Of a DNA stretch of 64,000 nucleotides, positions 14,851-34,943 are shown piece after piece. The stretch is from the human T2T-CHM13v2.0 reference genome, Homo sapiens. How positions within the stretch are numbered: the stretch's first letter is position 1; every line of letters begins with the position of its first letter. The stretch lies in NCBI RefSeq assembly GCF_009914755.1, contig NC_060929.1; one strand, given 5' to 3'. The translations under genes and the position numbers were made by a program. Under the pieces are notes generated by a model, which ran no database searches, had not been told where the DNA came from, and worked only from the letters and a program-made list of their open reading frames with translations.

Positions 14851-15166
14851 GGCTGGGTGTGGTGACTTATGCCTGTAATCCCAGCACTGTGGGAGGCTGA
14901 GGTGGGTGGATCACTTGAGGTCAGGCGTTCAAGATCAGCCTGGCCAACATGGTAAAATCCCATCTCTACTAAAAATACAAAAATTACCCAGGTGTGGTGG
15001 TGGGCGCCGGTGGCTCCAGCTACTTGGGAGGCCGAGGCAGGAGAATTGCTTGATCTGGGGAGGCGGAGGTTGTGGTGAGCTGGGATTGCATCACTGCACT
15101 CCAGCCTGGGTGACAGAGTGATACTCTGTCTCAAAAAAAAAAAAAAAAAGGGAAAAGAAAGGAAAA
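14851..15166 (+). mobile_element. Alu (AluS-like)
   Basis: 17-bp TSD GAAAAAGTATGATCATT at 14834-14850 and 15167-15183. Confidence 0.97.
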
Positions 15167-15577
15167 GAAAAAGTATGATCATTATACATGGTGGATTAGC
15201 ACTTTCCCAAAGATCCAAAGATAACAATGCCAGAGAGATGTGACATAGGACTGAAGCAGCGTGGTCACACATCAAATCAACAACTTCACATATTTTCTAA
15301 CCCTGTTTCATGGAAGGCACACACACTCTTGAGAATGGTATATGGCAACCTGCTTTGCCCAGACTAAAAGCTCAGTCACTACTAGTAGGTACAGAAAAAC
15401 TGTTAAAAACAATTATGTGTATTATTTTTAAACATTTCAAAAGTCTTGTGCCAAATGTCAAGCTGTGATTTACCTATAGTAACTATTAGTCGAAGAAATT
15501 AATGAATAAATTATTTTTGAATTAGTAGATTTTTTTTCCCTTTAACTCCGTAGTGCCCTCATTCTAGAAAGACATAA

Positions 15578-15777
15578 TGCAACTTTTTTCTTAAAAGATC
15601 AGATAGTAAATATTTTTGGCTTGCAGGCTGTATGGTCTCTACTGAGACTACTCAGCTCTGGTGTTGTAGTGTGAAAGCAGACATAGACGATATGTGTACC
15701 AATGTGGATAGCTGTGTTCCAATAAAGCTGTATTTATAAAACAAGAGGCTGGGCTGGGCAGTCGGTTGCTGACTCTG
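15578..15777 (+). mobile_element. MER58A-like MITE
   Basis: AGATAGTAAATATTTTTGGCTTGCAGGCTGTATGGTCTCT...GCTGTGTTCCAATAAAGC. Confidence 0.8.
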
Positions 15778-16094
15778 GTTGGCTACACTCCCTGTTAGAC
15801 ATCTGGAGATCAGAGATTGTTGCTATGGCCTGTGAAAGCAATTCCTAGTCCTTAACAGGTTGTAAACTGGTGTTTATAATAATAATGTGTTCCCCTGGTA
15901 ATAAAAACTTAAATTGACATCCCTGTTTTCTAGAAGACATAAATACTTATAAATTATCTTTGTTGAACAGAACAAGATTATTGGCCTTCTGTCTTTCCCT
16001 TGTGCCTGAAGGTAAAAGACAACGATTGTGTTACAGGTTTAGTTCTCTAGAAGCAAAGAGCAAGGCAGAGCTTTGGAAGCTAGATGTTTTATTA

Positions 16095-16412
<318 letters not shown>

Positions 16413-16425
<13 letters not shown>

Positions 16426-16576
16426 AGAAGAGAAAGAAAGAAAGAAGGAAAGAAGACAGAGAGAGAGAAAGAAAGAAAGAAAAAGAGAAAGAAAGAAAGG
16501 AAAGAAAGAAAGAGAAAGAAAGAAGAAAGAAAGGAAGAAAGAAAGAAAAAGAAAGAAGAGAAAGGGAAGGGAAGGA
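16413..16576. repeat. GA-rich (GAAA)n-type microsatellite derived from an Alu tail
   Basis: About 160 nt of almost pure purines. Confidence 0.95.
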
Positions 16577-17008
16577 TGTGGGACTGGGTGAAAGGAGAAG
16601 TAGAGCTGCTATGCAGATTCGAAAAGCCTCATCTGATCTGGCACAGAATGTTGAGAGAATAGTATCAAGTGGCCAAGACTTTATTACACCCTCACATAGT
16701 CATCAGATGCACACAGCCGTAGGAAGAGGAAGGTTTTGGGCAAAGCAGTTCTCTGGACAAAGCTCATCACTAAAGACATCTGCTGACTGCCTGCCCATTG
16801 CCGGGCATCAAGTCCTTGAAGAGGCATCTGTGCAGGGAATCTTCGTATCTACCACAGAGAGCTAAATGTCTTAAGAAAACAAAAAGTCTGAAAGTGTGTC
16901 TTACATAAGTTAATACCAGTGATGGAGTAACTTGGAGAAAAACAGCCATATAGCCATTGAGCAGGTTAATTTCATCCTTTTCATTCTGTTTTCCCTTTTT
17001 GTATATAG

Positions 17009-18150
<1,142 letters not shown>

Positions 18151-18568
18151 CCATTGAGCATGAGTAATACATGGTATGTTATTTAAAAATCATATATGTA
18201 CCATGTAAACAGTGAATAATTATCTTTTTCACACTGACACGAAGGTTTCCAAAAAAATTATATTGTAAGCCAAAAACAAAATATTGTAGAAGGTCTAATT
18301 TATATCAGCTACATTTTCAGATCTCAAAATGCACTAAATTTACCACTTTAAAATAAAAAAACACTCTTTTAAATAACTATTGGGTCAGAAAAAAAGAAGA
18401 TTAAACTGGAAATTACGGATCATCTGAACATTAATGATAATAAAACACATGAAACTGTTCCTATGTTTAGAGGCCAATTTATAGATGCAAATGCTTTTAT
18501 TATTTAAAAAATTAAAATCTAAGCATCGTCTTAAGAATGTGAAAAAAATTGCAAAATTAAAAAAATTA

Positions 18569-18838
18569 GGCCAGACAGGGTGGCTTATGCCTGTAATCCC
18601 AGCACTTTGAGCCCAGGAGTTCAAGCCCAGCCTGGACAGTATGGTAAAACCCCATCTCTACAAAAAATACAGAAAATTAGCCAGGCATGGTGGCACACAC
18701 CTGTAGTCCCAACTACCTGGCAGGCTGAGGTGGGAGAATCACCTCAATCTTGAAAGTTGAGGCTGCAGTGAGCTGTGATCATACCATTGCACTCCAGCCT
18801 GGCCAAAGGAGTGAGACCCTGTCTCAAAAAAGAAAAAC
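18569..18838 (+). mobile_element. Alu (AluJ-like) with left-arm deletion
   Basis: CCCAGCACTTTG joined to AGCCCAGGAGTTC. Confidence 0.9.
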
Positions 18839-21689
18839 TTTAAGTAATAAAAGTTGTAGACCTAAATGAATTACAAAAGAGAAAACTAATCTATAAACCC
18901 CCAAAAGTGCTTTTTAAAAAATTATATTTTATGGTGTTGGTCTTGACAATGTTTCTTTATAATGACTAAAAAAATAGACATATTATGGTCCAAGAAGCTC
19001 TTTCATAGACAAACTGGACCACATTGAGGGCCTTACATAGTCTACACTACTATAATTGCTCTCCAAATATAATAGTGCTTAATTTTCAATAGTTTCCACT
19101 TAATAATATGTCTGCTTCATTTACACATATGTCGTTTTACTAATCTGTACAATATCAATGTGGCTGTATTTTCAGCCATCTCTATGGTGAAAGTGTGTTA
19201 TGAGCATTTTTAAGCAGAATAAATTAAATAGAATATTGTTAGGAAAGAAGTATGTACTATTTGAAATAGAAAACATAAACATGTTCCTTACTATAACCAG
19301 GGTTTCTGGACTTTGGATTCTCCGTAGCACTAACTGACCTTCTGGACAACCAAGCCACTAGAGAATTCAGCCAACCGAGGCTCAGCAGGGACATAATCAC
19401 ACACCAGTGCAACTGGTGCCTCAGGGAAACTGTTGAAACTTGAAAACCGTGTGGGAAGGCGGTAAGCAGCTTTTGCATGCATAGAAGTTGAAATTTGTGC
19501 TTGAATCTGGAGTCACCTTCCTCTTTTTCCTGAGTCTGGGTACTTTGGTGAACTTTTAAAATCATATTGCTTTAAGCAAGTACCTTGCCATTTTTCTTAT
19601 GGACACACCAAATGGAAAGCAGATGTTTGTGATTGAGTTATTAAATTTTGTTTGACAAATAAATTGCATTATGTCTTTCTAGAATGAAGGCACTACAGAG
19701 TTAATGGGAAAAAAATCATTCTACTAATTCAAAAATAATTGTTTCTGAGAGATGAGTCCCTTTTTATTCAGTTATTTCCTCACAGGAAATCATGAGACTA
19801 GGACCAGGCCAGAGGGAACACGTAGGTCTAATTTCCTCCTCACTGCATACTGAAAGAAAGACTGAAATGAAACTGCCCTGGACCATGGCTGCTTACCACA
19901 GGCTGGATGGTTAATGTCTCACATATGATGCCATTTATAATTGAATGAGCCCAAGTTTGGGAAATGTACTGTCAACTACTGGGTTTACTTTGTATAGGTT
20001 ATGGAGAACAAAGGATCCCTGGGAATGAAGGTGGGGAAATCTCAAAGAAAATGGTAGACCCATTGTCAATTTTTTGGAGGAAGAAATAAAGAAGGCCTTG
20101 AACTAGGAGAAGAGAGGACTTCATCCTCTCTCTTGGTTGATGGTAGTGGGCCCTGACCGGGTAAGAAGAACATGATAAAGATTCATGACTGTGAAAGATA
20201 AGATGGCATTGGTCACTTGTGACATACTAAAGGCAAAAAAGAGAAATGGTTGAGGGGATCTCAGTGCAAGGCAATGGCTAATCGACTCTAGGACAAATAT
20301 CTAAATTTCCATTTTATATTTTTTCTTTTGTATCTTTTAATTCCCCTTTAATATTTTCAAGTAAAATTTTAAGTCCTGCTGTCGATTGTTATCTAAGTTG
20401 TGTAGCTCTAAGGAATGGGCCTGTTTTCATAGCTAAAACAGAATCACGTAGGAGTGTGAGTTTCCCCCATTCTTCCCTCTCCCCTGAAGTCAACTTAATA
20501 GTAGTTGTCAGAAAATTGAGTGGGCATCATGGCTAAGTGGAGAGTATTTGTCATATGCCAGGCAATAGCTAAAGTGCAAGTGGATGTTATTGCCGATGTG
20601 AAACAGCCTCTCCATAATATTCCAAGGGGAGGAAATTGGTTAAGGGATGGGCAGATATTCTAATATTATAGGAGGGATTGGCTATCTGTCCAGTAGATAT
20701 TTTAGTTAGAGTAAGTCAGTCACGTAGAAAGAGTCACTCATGCCAGCTAGAATAACTTGGCAATTAAATGGTAGTAGCTTGCAGTACTTCAGACTTATTA
20801 ATGCCATAGAAAATTCATTTGAAGGAATAAATTACCCATGGTTGATAACTATAATAAAATTACAAGATCATTACCTTTTTGAAAATGTCTAATATTGAGA
20901 AAGAATATGACAAGAACAGAACATTGACTTTTGCTACACCAAAAGAAAACCACAATTAAAATGAATGCAGCCTGCTGCCCATATGACTTTTTCCTATAAT
21001 GTCTTTGACAAGATTGGAGGGACTTGCTGGCCATCAAGACATGTAGACTAATGTTTAAATGTCAAAAGCAGATGTTGTTTGGAGTCTCCGTTTATGGATC
21101 AAAGGTACAAATTCCTCCTGTTTCCTAGGAAAATTCTAGAACACTCAAGATTGTTAATAATCCAGGGCTTTCTGTGATTTTTTTGGCATGTCAGGATTCC
21201 TATTATGTTGCTTAATACTCCTAAACACATGCTGAGCGGATTATTTGCTTACTACAATAGCACTGTGGGAAACAATTTGATTTACAAAGTACTGTAGTTC
21301 TTCAAAGGCATGTTTTAGAAACCTAATTAGAGATGGGCAGCAAAGAGGGGAGTGCAGATACTATATATATTATATATACACATATATAAAACGTATATAA
21401 TATGTAAAATAAATTATATAATATTAAAATATGATATTATATATATTGTTCAGCATCAGCTTTGTCACAAAAATGTTGCAGTTCAATTACTCTTTGTATA
21501 CATACAATATCTGCACATTTTGACAATTGCAGAGTGGTAGAATATTACTGCTTGTTTGCACGCAATTATGAATTTTACATGAGTCACAACAAATTATATG
21601 TAAATTGATGCTGTATGGCTATTTTAATGAGCTAGAACAGGGTTAGCAAACTATGGCCTGAGGACCAAATTTGGCCACATTTAAATTAT

Positions 21690-22240
21690 CTATGTGCCTG
21701 GAGTTAGTCAAACTACAAAGTTTGAGGACACAGTCCCCAAGAGTGCTCCCACTTCCAAAGTTAACTGAAAGTTCGGGAGGTTCCAAAACCACCTTCAGGT
21801 TTGATAGTTTGCTAGAAGGATTCATAGAAGTCGCTGAAAGCTATTATACTTATGGTTACAGTTTATCACAGGGAAATAATGTGAATGAAAATTAGCCAAA
21901 GGAAGAGACAAAAAGGACACAGTCTGAGAAGGTTCCAAGTGTGAAAACTTTTATTGTCCTCTACCACTGACCAGCTGGCATTGATGTGTGACAATATGCA
22001 TGGAGTATTGCCAACCAGGAAATCAGCTGAGCTTTGGTGTCCACAGTTTTTAGTTGGAGTTTCATTCTGTAGGCCTGATTGATTGATTGATTGATTGATT
22101 GCCTGAACTCAGTCTCCAGGTCTACTGATGCCTTGTGACACAAAGCCCCCACTCAAAGTCGCTTGGTTTGTCTTTCTGGCTTGGCCAGCTCTCACCTTAA
22201 ACAAAGACAATCCTATTAGTTATGACATAGATGACCTTCC
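21690..22240 (-). mobile_element. MER21-like LTR
   Basis: CCAAAACCACCTTCAGGTTTGATAGTTTGCTAGAAGGATTCATAGAA...AAAATTAGCCAAAGGAAGAGAC; contains (GATT)n at about 22077-22099. Confidence 0.7.
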
Positions 22241-23277
22241 AGAAGCATTTTGTATCCATTGATTAAAAATAAATTAATCACAGATTTAATATAATTAATG
22301 CCACTACCAATGTTTAGCCCTATGACATTCAAGAGCAAATACTACTGGTAAGAACAAGGATGATATTTAGAGACTGTCCTTGGTAGGGTTGAATTTAAAC
22401 CTCTAATTTTGTTTGTTTTGTTTTATTTTGGGAAAAGAGCCAGTAGTAATGGGCTTAGCATACCATCAAACAACTTTTTCTGAGGGCTTCCTTTCAGCAA
22501 GGCAATTGCCAGGCACACAGTTCTCCAATCTTTCTTATATCTGTTTCAGACCACAAGGGAGAAAAAAGGTGATTTACAAGCCAAGGCACAAAATTATTTC
22601 AGTCAAAACAGTTTATTCTAGATCCATAAAGCCAAGTTTTTCAACTCTAAGCCCCATGAAAATTGTTTTCTTTACATACCAATTAAGTCAAAACTAAGCC
22701 ATATTCTTTCTCCTAAACTTATTTTTTAGCCATGAAAGTAATGAATGGTTAGCAAATAGTGGAAATTAGAGCAAAAACAAAAAAACAAAAACAACAAAAA
22801 AAACAAGAACCCAGCCCATTGTCTCATTTATCTTTTAATTTTAGCTTTTTAAAATGAAGCCATATCTCTACTCTTTACACTATTTATTGCACCTTTTTCC
22901 ATTCATTATCATATTTGTTTTTTCATGTTATTACAGATTCTTTTAAAATATCATTTAAATGGTTATGTGATAGTCCATATATGAATATTGCATTATTGAT
23001 TTAACCATTTGACTTTAGTTTTCTGTTTTTCTGAAATAATGCTTTTTGTTTTTTGTTGGGGTAATACATCAGAATGTCATTCCAAAATCTTTTTCTCAAA
23101 TTGATGCAAGCTGGTAAGGTAATCCAGAACCTATCGTCTAACAGATGTCAGTTGCTTATATGACAAAACACATGCATTTACATATAAATGAAATTTAATT
23201 ATCAAGTCAAATAAGCTTTTTTATTTATAGTTTTCTTTATCTTGACAAATACTAAGAAATATTTAATACTACACCTC

Positions 23278-23784
23278 TGTGATGGTTAATTTTAGATGTC
23301 GACTTGACTGGATTGAGGGATGCCTGGATGGCCGATGAAGCATTCTTTCTGGGTATGTCTATAGGGATTTTTTTTGGTAAGAGATTGGCATGTGAGTTGG
23401 TGAACTGAGTGGGGAAGATTCACCCTTAATATGAGCTAGAGGCCCAGATGGAACAAAAAGGTGAAAGGCAAATTCTCTCATTCTCTCTCTTTCTCTCTTG
23501 TGGTGTGGCAATACACTTCTCCTGCCCTTGGACATCAGAACTCTAGGTTCCTCAGCCTTTGGATGCTGGGACTTGCACCAGTGGCTTCCCAGGGCTTTTG
23601 GGCCTTTGGCCTTGGACTGAGAGTTATTCCTTCAGGTTCCTCAGTTCTCAGGTCTTCTGATTTGGACTGAGCCATGCTACTGGTTTCTCTGGTTCTCCAG
23701 CTTGCAGATGGACTATTGTGAGATGTCTAAGCCACCATAATTGTGTGAGCCAATTCTTGTAATAAACCCTCTCAACTATCTATC

Positions 23785-23831
<47 letters not shown>

Positions 23832-23894
23832 ATCTATCTATCTATCTATTTATATTCCTTTTGGTTCTGTCTCTCTGGAGAACCTTAACTAATA
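23278..23894 (+). mobile_element. MLT2 (ERVL) solo LTR
   Basis: TGTGATGGTTAATTTTAGATGTCGACTTGACTGG...GGTTCTGTCTCTCTGGAGAACCTTAACTAATA. Confidence 0.88.
23776..23849. repeat. (TCTA)n tetranucleotide STR
   Basis: Direct reading of the sequence. Confidence 0.97.
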
Positions 23895-24126
23895 GTCTCC
23901 TGTGTATGTTTAATGGAACCAACTTTCCAGAAACATTGCACTTGTGAAAGAAACAAAAAATCTGTGTTGTCTAGGGTCAGTGAAACTTGTCTTAGTCAGT
24001 ATGATGTGGCTTGTGGTGGGCAGTCACATGGTTAGAGAATTAGAGGGTGCCCTCTATGAGTCTGCTACCCAGAAAGTATGAAGTATGTTTTTTTCCTTCT
24101 TTTTCATGTTTTAAAAAATTGATACA

Positions 24127-24896
<770 letters not shown>

Positions 24897-26039
24897 CTGT
24901 GCTATTTTAATCTCAGCTTTGCTTCCTAGCTGGTGGCCTGTACCCCTCCACCTTCTCCTCTTGATGTTACTACTTTTCTCTGTAGAATCCTTCTTGACCA
25001 CCCTCTTCTTCCACCTAGAAGTGCTTAATGTTGCTCTTATTGCTGCTCAGCCTAACCCCTTCTCTCTGTTCTCCCAACATTGAGAGTTATTTATTCTCAA
25101 GTGAGGTATTTCTTCGCCCACATGGGGCAGAGCTATTTCTTCTCAGTTTTTCACGGGCTTCTAGTGATGATAGCTCTTTATTTAGCTTCCTCTCTATTAG
25201 GGCTTTTCTCTCCCTAGGAATTTGGCTCGAGTTTCTGAGGGCTGGACAGGAAGGCAATCTGAGTGATGCATTATCACTCTGCATTCAGAACTGCCCTCCC
25301 TCTCAGATCTCAGCCTCTGTCCACACACCAAGTCTGACTCTCCATCCTCTCCTCTGGGGCTGAACTCTTTCTCTATTAGGCACACTGCCTGTGAGGGGAT
25401 GAGGGGTGAGTTTCTGTTCCCCAGTGGCTTCAGGGCTACAGCCTTCCTAGAGGCTGGCTGACAACATCTCTCACTGTCCCTCCTGAGATGGTGGTCGTTG
25501 GCCGTCTAAAAGTTGCACTCTGGTGAGGCTGTCTACAGGCTACCTTGACATGTTTAGACTTGTCTCAGTTCTCAACTTCTCAGCTTGAGCTAATGTTCTG
25601 GGACTCTCACTCCATTTATTTGGAAATTACTGAACTTGATTATTTTTGTGTTAATATTAATTTTTAAAATTTCACATCGTTAAATCTCCATTGAGTGATT
25701 TAATGTGATTAATTTCTTCAGAACCTTGCCAGACAAAATAAATGTTTTCTGCTCTTATTTTGTAATCTCTGATCTTCTGGTGTCCTTTATGGTGAAAAGG
25801 CCGTCACAAAGTAGGCAAAGGGAAAACAATTCTTTTGTAGTTGTATCTTTGTATACACAAGTTTTATTTTTCTTAAGAAATATCTTAAACTTTTATGTAC
25901 TATGATAAAATATAGGATTATGGCAAAAATTTAGAGCATATGATAAAAACTGTGTTAACAGAGCAAATCATAAAAAGAGTTTAGAAAAAATGCTGTTAAG
26001 TGAGTGCAAATCTGATGTGAAAAAATTTAGTTTTATTCA

Positions 26040-26431
<392 letters not shown>

Positions 26432-26522
26432 TAGGTGTCAAGGATATGAAAATGATTCAGGTGTGGTGTGCGCTCCAGAGATATATATCATCTAAAGGGG
26501 GACAGAGATGTGTCAAGAGGTG

Positions 26523-27632
<1,110 letters not shown>

Positions 27633-29521
27633 TGATAATTAATTTTTGGGGTAAGAGTTGCCAGGAAAGACCATAGGCCAATTGCAGGAGCCAAAGAAAG
27701 GGAGAAATTTGAAATTGATCATTGAAAAATAAGCTCCTCCAATTTATTTAACTTTAGCTCAAGATGAGATATATATAGCCATGGGATAATATAGAGGAGG
27801 CTAATTTGCATATCTCATGTTATTCGGATTAGTTATATCTGCCTGAGGCCTTCTGGGCCTTCTAGAAGAGTCAGTGACAAGTTGGAGTTAATGCCCAGTC
27901 CTAGGACTAAGCAATTTTTAAAACAAAAAATAGGAACAGGTCTATGCTTTCACTTCTGAAACCATTTCTTGATCAGGGAGGATGCTTTTAAGCGGGAGAA
28001 TGTCAAGGTGCCCCGGCTTGGCTTAGTGATAATGGTTGTGATGAGGGATGAAAGGACAGTTTGCTTGTGACACAGCATGGTGGTTTTTTACTGTCTTCTA
28101 ACCAAGCTTCCAAGGGAACTTGTGCCAAATTACATGAGAGAAGGACTGAAAATTTAAAGGGAACATCAAAAGGGAAAGTTATCATTCATCAAAGCATTGT
28201 AAAAAACTAAAATAATAAAGACCTCCTTGTAGAAGACCAATTTTCTAGCAGAGCCCAATGCCTTGGCTAAAACCCCTGGAGAATATGAGGTGTGAACAGA
28301 TCCACACTGGTGTTAATGGAGGGAACCATGTCTGCTCTCAGGTCCAGATCCTAAAACCATGCCAAGTGGCAGGCAGAACCATCAAGGTTCCTGAGGCCAC
28401 AAATGGAGGGAAACCAACTGTGAAACCCCAGGGACTGGTCAGATGAAGGGAGGTGATGCAGTGGAGGTGGGCGAGAGAACTGGAGATTGTGAATATAATT
28501 ATTCACATCTCTGTCACTGTTTCTCCCCAGTCATCTTGTAGTTGCACATTGGGGAAGCATGAGTTACAGTGGTGTGCTTAATAAGCAAACAAAATTGTGT
28601 CGCTTCTCTAAAAACAACAAAAACATGGAATTCTCTACTTGGGCAGAATAATAAAAGCCTACTATAGAATACAAAGACAAACAACATAAAACCCCAAATA
28701 TGAGGCCTCTATTTTGCATAATAATTCTTAAAATAACCCTCATATTTACTTCACTTTTCCAAATTCCCATTGTTCATATTTGTAAAACGAAGATAAAGAT
28801 ACTTAACCTCCCAAAATTATGTTGTTATACAAGAAAATATCTGTTTCACCTCCAGCATTTCGGTGCCTGACATACGCCAGGGTGTTCAAGAAATTTCAGC
28901 TGTTTCTACTCTCTGTTCACATAAGGCAGGGAAGATAATAGCATTGTAAATAAACCTAATTTCTTTTTTTGAAAACTCTCAGTTTTAAAGTAGAAAGGGA
29001 GAACCAGGAAGTAACATTTCTTTCCTTAAACGCTTCATAATCAGATTTGGGGGTATTTCTTTGGGGAGATCAGAAAGTGGGTTTAGATTACCATGATTAC
29101 TTTCTGCCTTACAGGAGTCCCTTGAAGATTTATGGCTAATAGGCAATTTAAGAATTGTAAACTGTCTTTACTTTTATGAGGACTTTTGTGAAGTTGCATA
29201 GACTAGGAATAGCAAGTATGATTATAAAATTTAAGGTTCATGAACAAAATAAAGTTCAGTTTTCTTAAAATGTACCCAGATAAAAATAAAAGTAGTCCTC
29301 TTTCTTAGTCTTCACATACATATAAAATTGAGTATTCAAAGTAGTCACAGGACTGTCATACTTATTTAAATTTACAGTGTCTTAAATATGATCACTGGTA
29401 AATGCCTCCTTAATATTTAGGCGTGTACGTATACAATCATATATACACACATATATGTAATAATGTCTATCTTGTAAAATGAGAATAATTTCACCATAAA
29501 ATTGTTATGCAGATCATTCTA

Positions 29522-30236
<715 letters not shown>

Positions 30237-30389
30237 GAGTTAGTTTTTGCATTTCATTGACCCATACCATTTGAAATGCTTCCACGGTGTTTCTATGAAA
30301 TCATCATTTAGAATTCAGAATTTCTGTCCTAGAGTTATTATCATAACTGCACAATTCTGTTTGTGTTGATTACCACAATGGTTGCTCTT

Positions 30390-30690
30390 GGCCAGGCACA
30401 GTGTCTCATACCTGTAATCCCATGCTTCGAGAGGCCCAGGTGGGAGCATTGCTTGAGGCTGAGAGCTCCAGACCAGCCAGGGCAACATAGAAAGACCCTA
30501 TCTCTACAAAATTATTTTAAAAAGTTAGCCAAGCATGGTGGTGGGTGCCTGTAGTCCTAGCTACTTGGGAGACTGAGACAGAAGGATTAATTGAGTCCAG
30601 GAGTTTGAGGCCACAGTGAGCTATGATTGTGCCACTGCACTCCAGGCTGGGCAAGAGACTGAGACCCTGTCTCTAAAAAATAAATAAAAT
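30390..30690 (+). mobile_element. Alu (AluJ-like)
   Basis: Diverged body; TSD GTTGCTCTT. Confidence 0.92.
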
Positions 30691-30802
30691 AGTTGCTCTT
30701 AATCTTATCTTTAAGCTTATTCTGGCTGAAGATTTTAAGTGGCAATCTCTTTTATAAGTGAAGATGCAATTATTTATTCAGCACCTAATATGAGTAGGAT
30801 GC

Positions 30803-31157
30803 TGATATGGTTTGAATTTGTGTCCCTGCCCAAATCTCATGTTGAATTGTAATCCGTACTGTTGGAGGAGGCCTGGTGATAGGTAATTGGATCATGGGGG
30901 CTGACTTCCCTCTTTCTGTTCTTGTGATAGTGAGTGAGTTCTCACGAGTCCTGCTTGTTTAAAAGTGTGTAGCACCTCCCCTTCTTGCTCTGCCTCCTGC
31001 TCCAGCCATGTAGGACATGCCTGCTTCCCTTTCACCTTTCATCATGATTGTACGTTTCATGAGGCCTCCCAAATCATGGGCCAATTAAATCTCTTTTCCT
31101 TATAAGTTATCCAGTCTCAGGTAGTTCTTTATAGCAATGTGAGAACAAAGGAATACA
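30803..31157 (+). mobile_element. MST (MaLR) solo LTR
   Basis: TGATATGGTTTG...CAAATCTCATGTTGAATTGTAATCC...GAATACA; TSD GATGC/GAAGC. Confidence 0.9.
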
Positions 31158-32299
31158 GAAGCTATGCTAAAAAAATGAAATTTCTTCCTGCCTTCAGAAG
31201 CTCATATAATGGAGACAGAGAGACAGATACATTCATTCATTCATTCACAAATATTTATGGAGAGCTCACCATAATCACTGGCATGTAGTAATAACTTTAT
31301 ATTCATAGGAGATGGGTCTATTATGAATTCTATAACAAATTGTTTTACATACTATAGGGACAGGAGAGACAAATTTGGGTTATGGATATCTAGTAAGAAT
31401 TTCTATAGGATGTATCATTTGAAATTGGCCACCAGGCATTGATGGGACTTTGACGTGGAAATTGAGGGACAGAAGGGCATTCTTGGTAGAGGAGACTATA
31501 TGCATGTATAGGTAAACGGAGACTCAAAAATATATTTATTTTGTTATATCTATTGTGTTCCTGTGATATAGAATACTTTAATACAATGAATAATAAAGGA
31601 ATGCCACTGTGTTCTAATTATTTGGGGGATACTCAGACCACTCAGTCTCTTGAACAACATATAATCACATGGGAAAGGGTGGGTTACTGTATACAGCTGG
31701 TTGGACTGGGCTTGGCTTAGGCGATGAGCTTGGAAGGCAGCCAGCTGGATAATGGGTGGTGGTGTGAATCTACGGCTTGCTAGTGGTCAACTCATTGAGT
31801 CGAAGATAACCGATAAATATACCAAAGCACCTGCGGAGAAAGGAGAGCACCTCTTCTCTTGCTACCTTTTCTCCTGACGTCTCTCCCACAGTAAATGTGA
31901 GATGGTGAAAGCGCTTCTATCTTGTGCTCTCTCATATATGTGCTTGTGCGCAAGCTTTTTGCCCCAATGGGTATGCTCTTTTGTCCTTTCCATGCTTCAT
32001 GCTGATAGCAGTATCATCAGGCCTTCAAGGCCCGAGTCAAATCCTTCTTTTTCTCTGAAGTTTCCACAGCCCACTCCAGCCACAACCACCTCACTCCCCT
32101 CTGAATGCCTCTACTGTGCCTACCACCTTTGCTCATCTTAAATGGCCTTTTTTGTACTTCTTAACCTTTTTTAAGTTATTCTTTAACTAATTTCTTGAGT
32201 TCTTAATTGTCCCTTAATCGTAATAGTTACCATTTATTGAGCATCCTCTAATCTAAGTCTCATAATTCTAGGAGGGGCTATTATTATCCCTATTTGATT

Positions 32300-33345
<1,046 letters not shown>

Positions 33346-34943
33346 TAAGCAATTTGCCTGAAGAGTTGCACAACCCAGAACGCAGCAGATCAGGAATCTG
33401 AACCCAGGCTGGCCTTCTTGCAAAGCCCCTGGTGCTTCTTTGTGCTTGTGTGATTTCGTCAACTTGGTTAGAAGACAGGGAAAGGACTGAATGCAGGGTT
33501 GCTACTTGCTCGACCCTGAGGGTGAATGTCTCCTTAAAATTGGTGCCCTAGAAGCCTCTGTGGCCTCACCCTCATCCTGGTCCCAGGACTAAGCCTCTAT
33601 ATTTCAGGTTTCTTCTAGGTCAGAACCCTACCCCAGAGATGTTCCATAGCAATTTGTGAATTGATTGGGAGGCAGCAGTGGAGTTGCCGTTGGGACCCAA
33701 GTACATATGCTGTGATAATGTGGGAGAACTGAGGGCATCCTGTGGAGACAGGCAGACTGCCTTGATCCCTCGAGGAAACCCACACTACTTGACTTTGTGC
33801 TGTTGGTGTAGCTCTACAGTCTTTAACTCCAAAATACCCTTAGTTCAGGCTGGTTCATTCAACAAATAAACAAGTTATAATTGTTTTACCAGCCACTGTG
33901 ATAAGTACTGGGAATAATAAAAGCCAACAATCATAATAAAATAAAACATAATCTGTCCTTGAGGAATTCTCAGTTTAGAGCCATGACCACAATAAATAGA
34001 TTTTAAGTGTGACACGCATGTACACACAACTGAAACAAAGGTTTTGTGCAGCTTCTGTTTATTGTGTGCCACGTACTTGGATATTTTCTGTTCTCTTTTA
34101 AAATGTGCTGGTCATAGCCTTCTAAATTGAGTTTATGACTGACTAGTGGGTTGCACTACAAGTCCTAAAATTTGAAAAAAAAGGAGAAGGGGAAGCAGAT
34201 ACATAAATAAATGCATGTAGAGAGCCAGTGGGGGAAAGGTATGGCTGAAAGCATAGACTGAGGCCATGTGAGGAAGGACCGTGAGTGATATGATACTGAA
34301 TTTAGTGTTTCTCCTATAGCTGACAAGGAGATCATAAAGGTTTTTAGGCAAAGAAGTACTTAATAAAAACGTTTAAGAAGACAGCATTTGCAATGAGGGA
34401 AGAGTCATTCAAATAGTATTTTAGTAATGGAAGCAAAGATGATGTTAAGCCTCAAATGGAAGCTGCGGCATTTATTCATTCATCCACTAATTATTTGCCG
34501 CACCATGTCAGATGCTGGAGTGACAATGTTGAAAAACATATAAACCCTGCCTTCAAGGTGCTATGGCCAATTGGAATATATATGATGATGACATCAATTA
34601 TATGACAGAGTAATACACATTCTGAGAGTATTGCAGAATTTGTGGAAGAGTGGAAAATCTGCTTTTTCCCTTTATTAATAGTAAACTTTGAATTCGAAGC
34701 CAAATACAGTTGGTTTGTATATTCCTTTTTAAAAAGAATACTGTTTCCATGCTATTTACATAGTTAAAGTTGGCCGTAACTGAGGGTCTTCACTCAGGAC
34801 AAGTCAAATGACATTCACTTTCTTTTCATTAACACCCTTTGCATTTTTCCCTTGGTTCTGCTGCTTGGAAGTTTCCTGGCACACCAGGAAACTGAGTGTA
34901 CGTCCCTTTTCTTTCTTCTACTTTCCACACCACAGTGGTGTGG

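Noticed and set aside
14613-15275. 220-aa ORF and the many other LSPRLECSG / WDYR-type ORFs
   Set aside because: Translations of Alu sequence
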